Shown here in pieces: positions 1 to 7,518 of a stretch of 17,227 bases of DNA; position 1 is the first letter of the stretch, and every line of letters starts with the position of its first letter. The DNA comes from an uncultured Dehalococcoidia bacterium (lineage in GTDB: Bacteria > Chloroflexota > Dehalococcoidia > Lucifugimonadales > UBA3495). The stretch is from positions 1-17,227 of the forward strand of contig CATMOE010000068.1 of assembly GCA_950072105.1 (NCBI GenBank), in the 5' to 3' direction. Position numbers and translations under genes: made by a program. The notes beneath the pieces were generated by a model that was given only the letters and a program-made list of their open reading frames with translations, did not search any database and had not been told where the DNA came from.

Positions 1-324
1 ATGGCAGTGGACGACGACTTTACGTCCGGTATGTCCCAGCTCCCTTTGGATCGTGTCGGAGACCAGGTCCACCGTCTCTCGTTGACGTTCTACGTCTTCG
101 ACGTAAGGGTCTATGGGTATGCAAGCGTGCGCGTCATTGATGATCTCCTCGGCCACGTTGATGACGAAGCAACCTTCCTGGAGTAGGGCTTCCTCCGCCC
201 CACCCACGGATGTGATGGCTACGTCGCTGGTGACCCAGCTTATCGTGTCTACATCAAAATCTGCGGGTATCGGATAGTAGCGGGATATCTCTTTGAGTTG
301 CTCTTGTCTTTCTATGTTGTTCAT
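1..324 (-). CDS. Dual-specificity/protein-tyrosine phosphatase-like protein, 3' end runs off the window (missing from the ORF track)
   Basis: Translated by hand: GAGGTG RBS, then ATG at 324, open to position 1: MNNIERQEQLKEISRYYPIPADFDVDTISWVTSDVAITSVGGAEEALLQEGCFVINVAEEIINDAHACIPIDPYVEDVERQRETVDLVSDTIQRELGHTGRKVVVHCH... The VINVAEE and GRKVVVHC segments match the DSP fold leading into the HCx5R P-loop. The Arg of the motif lies outside the window. Confidence 0.75.
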   Translation of the reverse strand, partial: MNNIERQEQLKEISRYYPIPADFDVDTISWVTSDVAITSVGGAEEALLQEGCFVINVAEEIINDAHACIPIDPYVEDVERQRETVDLVSDTIQRELGHTGRKVVVHCH

Positions 325-424
325 ATATATTCACCTCGTTATGATCGCCCACAGGTGCCGATCGGCGGCTGTGGGTTGTTTGGTCTGTCCTGGGATCGTT
401 GATGGGCTATCTGCCGGCCAGGAG

Positions 425-829
425 CTACTCCAAGCCGCCGGCCTCGCGCCAGGCAAGGAGCGCTTCCCGGTCCCTCTCCCGTACTTCCCTTTCCCGTCTG
501 GCGCTCTCCTCGGCCTCTTTCTTCTCGCGCTCCATGCGAGCCCGGTATTCCGCCTGTATGGCGTCTTTCCGTTTCGTGGACAACCAGTCGCACTGCACCA
601 GCTCCTCCACCATGGCCTCGTATTCCGTGGGGTAGGAAGTGAGCAGGCTTCCGTACGACACGTGGGAGGCCCAACGGGGTTGAACACCGCAGACCAACTT
701 ATGCTCCAGATCAGTCAAGCCGGATATGCGCCCACGCTCGCTCCATGAGGTGTTCTTGATCAGTTCCCTGAGGAAATCCGTCTTCACCCCACGGATGTCG
801 TCCGCCTCGATCTCTACTCCATATGCCAT
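425..829 (-). CDS. Hypothetical protein (134 aa) with a charged coiled-coil C-terminus
   Basis: Strong RBS AAAGGAGG upstream of ATG at 829 (MAYGVEIEADD...); E/R/K-rich helical tail; co-oriented with its neighbours. Confidence 0.75.
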   Translation of the reverse strand: MAYGVEIEADDIRGVKTDFLRELIKNTSWSERGRISGLTDLEHKLVCGVQPRWASHVSYGSLLTSYPTEYEAMVEELVQCDWLSTKRKDAIQAEYRARMEREKKEAEESARREREVRERDREALLAWREAGGLE

Positions 830-942
830 ATCACCCTCCTTTATCATCTGACCGGGTTATCCCTCCGCCGGACCACATCAACACCACACCGGCATCCCCC
901 GGTCTTCCGGATGTCTTAAGCTTGGGCCGCGGTCCGGAGCTA

Positions 943-1248
943 TCACCCCGGGTCTCCGCCGATGGTCCCGGACCGGGCCGGGCAAGAACCGGGGGACAGC
1001 CGTTCGTCTCGTTGCCCATCCTTCTGGCAGAGGAAGCAACTGAATATGTCTGGCTCCCTGATGCCGGGGTCAACCAGTACTATTACTGCATCTTTCAGTT
1101 CTTGCCTATGGATGGACTGGGCCAGGGCTTCGATATGCTCATGGCATGTAGGCATGCTTCTCGTCTCTGGCTGCTCGTGCGCCTCTCTCAAGAGTTTGGT
1201 GTAGGGGGTTTCGCCAGGATGTAGCCTCGTAAGCACTCTTCCTCTCAT
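943..1248 (-). CDS. Small hypothetical protein (101 aa), possible Zn-binding (CxxH...CxxC)
   Basis: ATGA start/stop overlap with the upstream ORF; contains TCHEH and SCFLC motifs. Confidence 0.5.
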   Translation of the reverse strand: MRGRVLTRLHPGETPYTKLLREAHEQPETRSMPTCHEHIEALAQSIHRQELKDAVIVLVDPGIREPDIFSCFLCQKDGQRDERLSPGSCPARSGTIGGDPG

Positions 1249-1436
1249 CCTTTCACCGCCCTGGCTACCTTGAGCGACTTGTTGGTGTTGATGACGGCCC
1301 GGGCCTCAGCTCCGCCGTCGTGGTCGTTGACCGTACGTTTCCTGCCGGGCTCACCGTCACCGACCCGTGGCGTTGGCGGCACCCTGTTTATGGGGCCGGT
1401 CTTGCCGGCCCTGGTCTCTACCGTGTATCCCATCAC
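1245..1436 (-). CDS. Small hypothetical protein (about 63 aa)
   Basis: GTGA/TGATG overlap with the upstream stop, with GGAGG just upstream; its own stop overlaps the next ATG. Confidence 0.45.
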   Translation of the reverse strand: MMGYTVETRAGKTGPINRVPPTPRVGDGEPGRKRTVNDHDGGAEARAVINTNKSLKVARAVKG

Positions 1437-1588
1437 TTCCTCCTTCGCTTGGATGATCTTAACTCTGCCTTTTCTACGTGCCGGCGCACCTCCGCCTCGG
1501 ACGCTTCCCGTATGTGGGTAGCCCCGATCCCGAAGTGGCCGTACCGGGACCTGAATCTCTTTTGGGACCGTCTATCAGCCCTGTACAT
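1433..1588 (-). CDS. Small basic hypothetical protein (51 aa), first ORF after the riboswitch
   Basis: AGGAGGT RBS before ATG at 1588; MYRADRRSQKRFRSRYGHFGIGATHIREASEAEVRRHVEKAELRSSKRRRK. Confidence 0.55.
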   Translation of the reverse strand: MYRADRRSQKRFRSRYGHFGIGATHIREASEAEVRRHVEKAELRSSKRRRK

Positions 1589-1666
1589 GTCATTACCTCC
1601 TGTGTCTCGCTTCGTTGATGTTGTCCGGTCGCCCTCCCGCCGGCGTCCTGGAGACAACACCTGGCG

Positions 1667-1709
1667 AAAAAGGAAAAGCCCCGCGCCGTCTCGATACGGA
1701 CGCGGGGCT
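1667..1709 (-). terminator. Intrinsic terminator forming the riboswitch expression platform
   Basis: Minus-strand RNA AGCCCCGCG-U-CCGU-AUCGAG-ACGG-CGCGGGGCU followed by UUUCCUUUUU. Confidence 0.9.
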
Positions 1710-1724
1710 GTAGGTCAGCTCGGC

Positions 1725-1836
1725 GTCCTTTCGTTGCCTATGCAACGCCCATCGTTCCCTTTCGGGCTGGGTCCACCTTTAGGACAAGGTTGGCGTGCGG
1801 TCAAAGGGCCAGGTCCCTCGCGCACCTCGGGATGGC
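1725..1836 (-). promoter_or_regulatory. SAM-clan riboswitch aptamer (SAM-I core plus P5/PK-2)
   Basis: RNA: CCAUC CCGAG GUGCG CGA GGG ACCUGG CCC UUUGAC CGCAC GCCAACCUU GUCCUA AAGGUGG AC CCAG CCC GAAA GGG AAC GAUGG G CGUUGC AUAG GCAACG AA AGGAC. Elements: P1 CCAUC/GAUGG, AUCnnGAG motif, kink-turn GA/GA, PK-1 CUGG/CCAG, P3 CAACC/GGUG, P4 with a GAAA loop, P5, and PK-2 GUCCU/AGGAC. Confidence 0.9.
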
Positions 1837-1911
1837 TTGTGTTTTGTAGGCTATCTGCGGTCTATGGCTGCTCCGAAACCAGTAGAGTAACTAACGAAAC
1901 CACTACATATC

Positions 1912-1940
1912 ATTATACATAACGGATCATGTTCTGTCAA
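1912..1940 (-). promoter_or_regulatory. Consensus sigma70/sigmaA promoter
   Basis: Minus strand TTGACA (1940-1935), 17-nt spacer, TATAAT (1917-1912). Predicted start near 1905, about 70 nt upstream of the aptamer. Confidence 0.85.
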
Positions 1941-2081
1941 CTTATGGATGGATTACGACACAGTATTCGCTGGTTTTCGTCAGCCAGTGAGATGTATGCG
2001 ATCAGGATGGCGGGGGAGCTAGCCGGGTAGGGCCTCATCGGGCCGCGGCTGGCCTGTGTCAACTCTCGACACTCAAGCTTA

Positions 2082-2226
2082 TTACCTTCTAACATCAGAT
2101 CAGAGAGGGCGATCGGCACGTGTATCTTTGTCTAAAGCCTTAGCGAGTTGGCCTAGGGTTTGGAAAAGGCTACGGAGGATTTCCGCCACGGCGGATAAGC
2201 TAAGAGTTCAACTCCCTTCATTCTCC
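2082..2226 (+). repeat. Repeat family 1, copy A (tRNA-3'-like end, CCGCCACGGCGG hairpin, antisense peptide frame)
   Basis: Ungapped alignment of 2082-2215 with 3730-3863; core also shared with 11820-11913. Confidence 0.85.
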
Positions 2227-2294
2227 GCTGAGTTCCCTCCCAATCCCAGGTCCATCCGCAGTACGTACATCCGCTATAATCCCCGGCAACAGTC

Positions 2295-2711
2295 ATGTTC
2301 CAACGAATCGGCAGATACGAAAACTTCGAGCGGATAGCTGCTGATGGACAGGGTACGGTATACCGTGCCCGGGACACCGTGCTGGACCGTGTCGTCGCCG
2401 TCAAGGTCATCAACCAGCCGGTCACTGACGACCCCCAGTACCTAGAGGCCCTCCAAAGGGAGGCCAGACTCGCCTCCAGCCTCGACCACCCAAATGTCAC
2501 CCGTGTCCATGACTTCCAGGTGGAGGGTGACACTGCCTGCATCACCATGGAGTACGTCCCCGACTCCCTGGACAAACATATCCGTGCGGGACAGCCTCTG
2601 TCGTATCAGCGAGCCGTCCAGATAGCATGTACAGGGGGACGTCCAGCCGGTGCCGCCGTAGATGTTCGAGACGGTAGACAAGTGCACGTTCTTAGTTCGT
2701 CAACAGGCTGA
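2295..2711 (+). pseudogene. Truncated Hanks-type Ser/Thr protein kinase (N-lobe only)
   Basis: IGRY..., GQGTVYRARD..LDRVVAVK, REA..ASSLDHPNV, ITMEYV are present. Homology stops near 2625, before HRD and DFG. The Gly-rich loop is degenerate. Confidence 0.85.
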
Positions 2712-2783
2712 CTCAAAATGATAATAATATAGAGGCTAATTTTCGCACCGCTTCTTGAGGCGAACGAGATAAACAGGAGCAAC

Positions 2784-3581
2784 ATGTACGCTGACGCCAA
2801 CGGAATCCGGGTTCACTATCAGGTCGAAGGCCGAGAAGGCGCCCCATGGGTGACCTTTGTTACAGGTATCGCGAATGACACGACCATGTGGGACGGCCAA
2901 GTGCCGGTGCTGCAAGATGATTTTCGAATCCTGAGAATCGACTCCCGAGGCCACGGTGGCACGCAAGCAACCGAGGGAGATTACACCTTTGATATTCTGA
3001 TTGGTGACGTACTTGGCTTGTGGGATACGCTTGAAATTCGTCGGTCACATTTGGTTGGGCTTGGGCTTGGCGGCTCTACCTCACTTGGTCTGGCGATCGA
3101 ACATTCGGACCGACTTCTGAGCCTGGTGCCATGCGCCTGCCGTGCGGTCATGGTTACGGAGTTGGCGTCCATATGGCCGGAATTGGTCGAACAGGTAAAG
3201 GCCGGTGGAATGGAAGCGATCGCCGAAACCACGGTGCAACGGTGGTTCACCGAAGAATTCAAGGCCGCCAATCCAGATGTGTTGGACTCAGTACGGGCTC
3301 AGATCCTAGGCACCAACCCCCTTGGGTACTTCGGATGTGTCGCTGCGTTCTTGAAGTTGGATTTTGGGAACCTAATCGAGCGGATCAGTGTTCCGACGCT
3401 TTTCATAAGCGGAGCAGACGATCAGCGAGGCGGGCCACCGACAGTTATGCAAGACTTGGTTGGTATGGTGCCAGGCGCCCGGCACGTATCCGTACCTAAT
3501 GCTGCGCATATCTGCAACATCCAAAACCCCGATGGGTTCAACGAAGTGCTTGGGACCTTCCTAAGGCAACCGGTCGGGTAG
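2784..3581 (+). CDS. Alpha/beta hydrolase, 3-oxoadipate enol-lactonase (PcaD)-like; nucleophile Ser replaced by Gly
   Basis: MWDGQV, RIDSRGHG, RWFT, GADD and AAHICN motifs; nucleophile elbow reads VGLGLGG; AGGAG RBS. Confidence 0.85.
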   Translation: MYADANGIRVHYQVEGREGAPWVTFVTGIANDTTMWDGQVPVLQDDFRILRIDSRGHGGTQATEGDYTFDILIGDVLGLWDTLEIRRSHLVGLGLGGSTSLGLAIEHSDRLLSLVPCACRAVMVTELASIWPELVEQVKAGGMEAIAETTVQRWFTEEFKAANPDVLDSVRAQILGTNPLGYFGCVAAFLKLDFGNLIERISVPTLFISGADDQRGGPPTVMQDLVGMVPGARHVSVPNAAHICNIQNPDGFNEVLGTFLRQPVG

Positions 3582-3628
3582 GCTGCCCTTTAAATTCGGG
3601 TCCTGTCCTCGAAACGATTTAGCCTGCG

Positions 3629-3710
3629 TTCTTAACCATGCGACCGACCCGGTTTGTACCGACCGGGATTCTAAGCAAGTTATTTGCTGGGCGCTTGGAA
3701 TTCACTCCAA
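3629..3710. repeat. Repeat family 2, copy 1 (82 nt)
   Basis: Ungapped alignment to 13218-13299 and 17055-17136; shared AAGTTAkTTGyTGGGCGnTTGGA core. Confidence 0.75.
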
Positions 3711-3729
3711 TTCCAATGTCCTAAGTCCG

Positions 3730-3863
3730 TTACCGTCAGCCATAATATCAGAGAGAGCGATCGGACCGTGTTTCGGTGTCCAGAGAGTCGGCGAGTTGGC
3801 CTAGAGCTTGGGAAAGGTTACGGAGTGCGTCCGCCACGGCGGATGAGCAAGGAGTTCAACTCC
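3730..3863 (+). repeat. Repeat family 1, copy B
   Basis: GCTTGGGAAAGGTTACGGAGTGCGTCCGCCACGGCGGATGAGCAAGGAGTTCAACTC is nearly identical to copy C. Confidence 0.9.
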
Positions 3864-3959
3864 GACCCGTCTCGATCAAACTCTCCCCACGAGGACAAGC
3901 TGTGTGCGGTTTCAACCGATCTGAACACCTCGGGGAATGATGAGTTACTCCAGATCCGG

Positions 3960-4077
3960 TTTCGGGAGTAAACTGCTGTACTCCTGAATTGGCCACGTAC
4001 AAGTTGCCCTCCGGGCTCACTGATATGCCTGTCACGCCACCCTCGGTTTCCCAGGAGGTTATAAACTCCCCATCCCA
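3960..4077 (-). pseudogene. NHL-repeat (beta-propeller) protein fragment
   Basis: WDGEFITSWETEGGVTGISVSPEGNLYVANSGVQQFTPE matches a single NHL repeat. No start is apparent and it abuts the epoxide hydrolase stop. Confidence 0.6.
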
Positions 4078-4078
4078 G

Positions 4079-5233
4079 TTACCGCAACCCCCGGAAGAAG
4101 CCTCGGATGTCCTCAACCAACCTAGTCGGCTCTTCAAGGGCGGCGAAGTGCCCTCCGCTCGGCATGACCGTCCACCGTTGGACGTTATAACAGCGTTCGG
4201 CCCACTCTCGGGGCGGGCTATTTATCTCATAGGGGAAGACTGCGATGGCGCAGGGGACATCGATCCGTTCGTCCTTGGCCAAATTCCACGGCTTGCGTCT
4301 GTTCTCGTAGTAGAACCGAGTAGAGGAGTTTATAGTCTGTGTCACCCAGTAGATGGTTGCGGTGGTAAGGAGCACATCCTTGGAGAAGCGGGATTCCACG
4401 TCGCCGCCGCAGTCGCTCCAACTGCGATATTTCTCCACGATCCAGGCAGCCAATCCGGCCGGAGAGTCGTTCAGGCCGTAGGAAAGAGTCTGAGGTTTGG
4501 TGCCCTGGATATGTGAATATCCACCTTCGGCCGCCGTCCACTCATTCCGCTCCCTGAGATGTGCTTCTTCCGCTTCAGTCAGTTCTCTTGAGCCAGGTCC
4601 CATGTAAGGAGTAGGTCGAGCGGAAACAAATGTTGAATGGATTCCGATGACGTTTTCGGGGTATGAGAAACCCAGTTTGTTGGTAACCATGGCTCCCCAG
4701 TCGCCGCCTTGAGCGGCGAATCTCTGATAACCGAGTCCCTCCATCATCAACTTGGCCCACATATCTCCCACGGTGGCCACGTCCACGCCCCTCTCCACAG
4801 GTTGATCGGAGAAACCGTAGCCTGGCATCGATGGGACTACCACGTCAAACGCGTCTCCAGCATCTCCGCCGTGGCTGGACGGGTCGGTGAGCAACGGGAT
4901 GATCTTGTGCATCTCGAAGAACGTTCCTGGCCAGCCGTGCGTTATCACCAGTGGCATAGGGTTTGGCCCCTTGCCTTTCTCGTGGATAAAATGGATTCCG
5001 ATTCCGTCAACAGTGGTCTTGAAATGGGAAAAGGTATTAATGAACTCCTCTTGGGATCGCCAATCAAACTCGGTGCGCCAGTAATCGACCAATTCCCTGA
5101 TGTAGTCCAGATTGCTCCCGTAATCCCAGCCGCTGCCAGGAATCTCGTCAGGCCACCGAGTACGGTCTAGCCGTTCCTTTAGATCTTGAAGGATGTGGTC
5201 GGCTACTTCTACTTTGAATGGAGCGATCGGCAT
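4079..5233 (-). CDS. Epoxide hydrolase (microsomal/EHN-type alpha/beta hydrolase)
   Basis: GGGAGG RBS before MPIAPFKV at 5233; EHN N-terminus RTRWPD..YW; HGWP, PSMPGYGFS, QGGDWG nucleophile Asp, GGHFAALEEP. Confidence 0.95.
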   Translation of the reverse strand: MPIAPFKVEVADHILQDLKERLDRTRWPDEIPGSGWDYGSNLDYIRELVDYWRTEFDWRSQEEFINTFSHFKTTVDGIGIHFIHEKGKGPNPMPLVITHGWPGTFFEMHKIIPLLTDPSSHGGDAGDAFDVVVPSMPGYGFSDQPVERGVDVATVGDMWAKLMMEGLGYQRFAAQGGDWGAMVTNKLGFSYPENVIGIHSTFVSARPTPYMGPGSRELTEAEEAHLRERNEWTAAEGGYSHIQGTKPQTLSYGLNDSPAGLAAWIVEKYRSWSDCGGDVESRFSKDVLLTTATIYWVTQTINSSTRFYYENRRKPWNLAKDERIDVPCAIAVFPYEINSPPREWAERCYNVQRWTVMPSGGHFAALEEPTRLVEDIRGFFRGLR

Positions 5234-6032
5234 CGTTGCCTCCCTGTTTGGCGATCTAAAGAGCGAGTAATCGTCCACGCCATAAGTTAGTCGCTTGGAT
5301 CTAAGCATTGGAAGAGCTTTTCTGGCTAGTCCAGTCGGTAAATTGTTTTGTGGCGCTGATGCATTATACGATTCACCTAGTGGATTTGTGCTGTGTCTTT
5401 GCGGCCGCAATCATTACGGCGAGTTCATCTGTGTCCGTATTGAAAATTCCCCGCAACTATGGTCATCAAATCTTTCAACCAATTCTCACATTAGCTTGAG
5501 CGGTCTCACTCGCTGTGAGAGCAGTGGTGATTCTCTAAAGATTACTCCCACCGCGCTCTACCCGAGATATCGTGTCGGGAACTTAATCTAGATTCATAGG
5601 GCCCTCGTTTCTAGATATTTGTGTCTGATCTGTATAAGTGGCATTTCTGTAATCTTAGAAACCTACTTCCAGGTGAAAGGGTTGAAGGGGAAGGCCGACT
5701 CGAGCGTTTAGCATGTTTTGAAGGTCGGTCTGGAAAGATGCGAACCCTTGACGGGCGAAGCTTAAAATAACGGGTTTATGGCTGGGCTGGCGGAAGGGCA
5801 CATCATTGATTGTGATGACTCCAAGGAACAAGTCATGGTCATTGCGAGAAATGTGGACTGCGAGGCATCTAAGTAAAGCTAGACAAGTTTTGATCCGTGT
5901 CGGACCATCGGGGTTACTTGCGTCGCTATTACCTCGCTATACTGTGTGGCAACGGCGATATTCTAACTTGATTCAGCCCGCAATCAGTAGACCAAGATTG
6001 GGTGACTGAATGCTGACCTGGAGGCGCGTCAG

Positions 6033-7265
6033 ATGATTCTCAACATCATCAACGGTAATGTTTTGGACCCGGCAGCGGGAGAGATAATCGGTGAACGTTC
6101 CATAGTCGTTGAGAACGACGTGATCGTTGATGTGCTTGAAGGGCAACCCAGTGTCAAGCCGGACTTGGAGATCGATGCCCACGGACGTTACGTACTTCCC
6201 GGATTTATCGACGCTCATGTGCACTTGTCGATGACTACCATGAACTTTGGTCGGGCTCTTAGGCTCTCTGAGGTTGAGTGGTCTCTTGCTATGGCGGGTT
6301 TGGCCGAAGCAACAATACAGCGGGGCTTCACAACCGTCAGGGATACTGGAGGAGCGATCGGGGGATTGGTGCGGGCGGTCCAGTCTGGGCTCTGTCGGGG
6401 CCCGAGAATAGTACGCTCTGGCCGTGTGCTTTCTCAGACCGGAGGACATGGAGACACTAGGCCTCAAGACGTGCCTCTACCTGGGTGCGGGTGTGAGCTT
6501 GTTTCAAGCCGTTTCAGCCATATCGCCGACGGCCCTGACGCAGTTCGGAAGGCGGCTCGCCATGAGCTGCGTGAAGGGTCTGATTTTCTTAAGATCATGA
6601 CTTCTGGCGGGGTTGCCTCACCATCGGATCCCTTTGACAGCATCCAATACACGGCCGAGGAGATCAAAGCCATCACCATAGAGGCTGAACACCGCCATAC
6701 CTACGTCACCGCTCACGCCTACTCGCCCGAGGCTATCTACCTAGCGGTCGACCATGGAGTGCGCTGTATCGAGCACGGAAACCTCCTTGATGAAACCACA
6801 GCTAAGCACCTCGTCTCTCTCGGTGTGACGATGGTTCCTACCTTGAGCACCTACCGGGCTATGGGTGAACTCGGTGCCAAGTTTGGGATGTCAGAGCGGA
6901 ATCTGGAGAAAAATCGTGGTGTGTTCGAGGCGGGACAGCGATCGATTGATATCGCCCGAAGAGAGGGGGTTGAGCTTGGGTTCGGTACCGACTTGCTGGG
7001 CGAAGCACAGGTGCGACAAAACCAGGAGTTCTCGATCCGAGCAGACCTGGAATCTGCAGCCGACGTCTTGCACTCCATGTATGTAGTAAACCCGAGGCTA
7101 TGCGGACTCGAAGGAAAAATCGGCCTGATCCAGCCTGGGGCGTACGCGGATCTGCTCATTTCTGAAGTAAACCCAATCGAGGACCTGAGCAGACTCAGCG
7201 AACCAGAACCTAACTTAAGTGTCATTATAAGCGCTGGTAAAGTGGTGAAGGAGATCCTCGGCTGA
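6033..7265 (+). CDS. Metal-dependent amidohydrolase (Xaa-Pro dipeptidase/imidazolonepropionase-like)
   Basis: PGFIDAHVH, GFTTVRD, KIMTSGG, AHAY, IEHG, FGTD, G..ADLL; GGAGG RBS. Confidence 0.95.
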   Translation: MILNIINGNVLDPAAGEIIGERSIVVENDVIVDVLEGQPSVKPDLEIDAHGRYVLPGFIDAHVHLSMTTMNFGRALRLSEVEWSLAMAGLAEATIQRGFTTVRDTGGAIGGLVRAVQSGLCRGPRIVRSGRVLSQTGGHGDTRPQDVPLPGCGCELVSSRFSHIADGPDAVRKAARHELREGSDFLKIMTSGGVASPSDPFDSIQYTAEEIKAITIEAEHRHTYVTAHAYSPEAIYLAVDHGVRCIEHGNLLDETTAKHLVSLGVTMVPTLSTYRAMGELGAKFGMSERNLEKNRGVFEAGQRSIDIARREGVELGFGTDLLGEAQVRQNQEFSIRADLESAADVLHSMYVVNPRLCGLEGKIGLIQPGAYADLLISEVNPIEDLSRLSEPEPNLSVIISAGKVVKEILG

Positions 7266-7330
7266 ACGGTACGGTGTAATGGATTACGATAGTAGATAAA
7301 TGCACTGTGCCGACGAATTAAGTGATTAAT

Positions 7331-7369
7331 TGGTCGGGGTGAGTGGACGCGAACCACCAGCCTCTTCGT
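7331..7369 (-). tRNA. 3' half of a tRNA-Pro (remnant, att-like)
   Basis: Minus strand reads A CGAAG AGGCT GGTGG TTCGCGT CCACT CACCCCG A CCA: anticodon stem 3' strand, variable loop, T arm, Pro-type acceptor strand and encoded CCA. Confidence 0.8.
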
Positions 7370-7518
7370 ACTGACGTTGATTTAGTAGTATAAATATCAA
7401 TAGTACGAGGCACACTTGAATTCCGCATCAGCAACCAAAAGGGCTCTAGGCTACCTGTCGGGTCCCCACCCCGGCCAGGTGGGCGGCCAAGGCTTGGAGT
7501 CATCGGCCGGGTTGTCGG

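Noticed and set aside
850..954. Twister ribozyme or integron attC site
   Set aside because: CCCAAGC and GGAGGG resemble twister motifs, but the conserved UAA cleavage loop and P4 geometry are absent. No RYYYAAC/GTTRRRY ends for an attC.
405..1858. Short repeats GGCTATCTGC and TCGTTGATG as regulatory boxes
   Set aside because: One or two 9-10-nt matches are expected by chance in 1.9 kb.
5234..6032. Riboswitch or small genes in the long divergent spacer; N-terminal extension of the epoxide hydrolase to 5410
   Set aside because: Only weak hairpins (about 5503-5555) with no known motif. The RBS and family homology place the hydrolase start at 5233.
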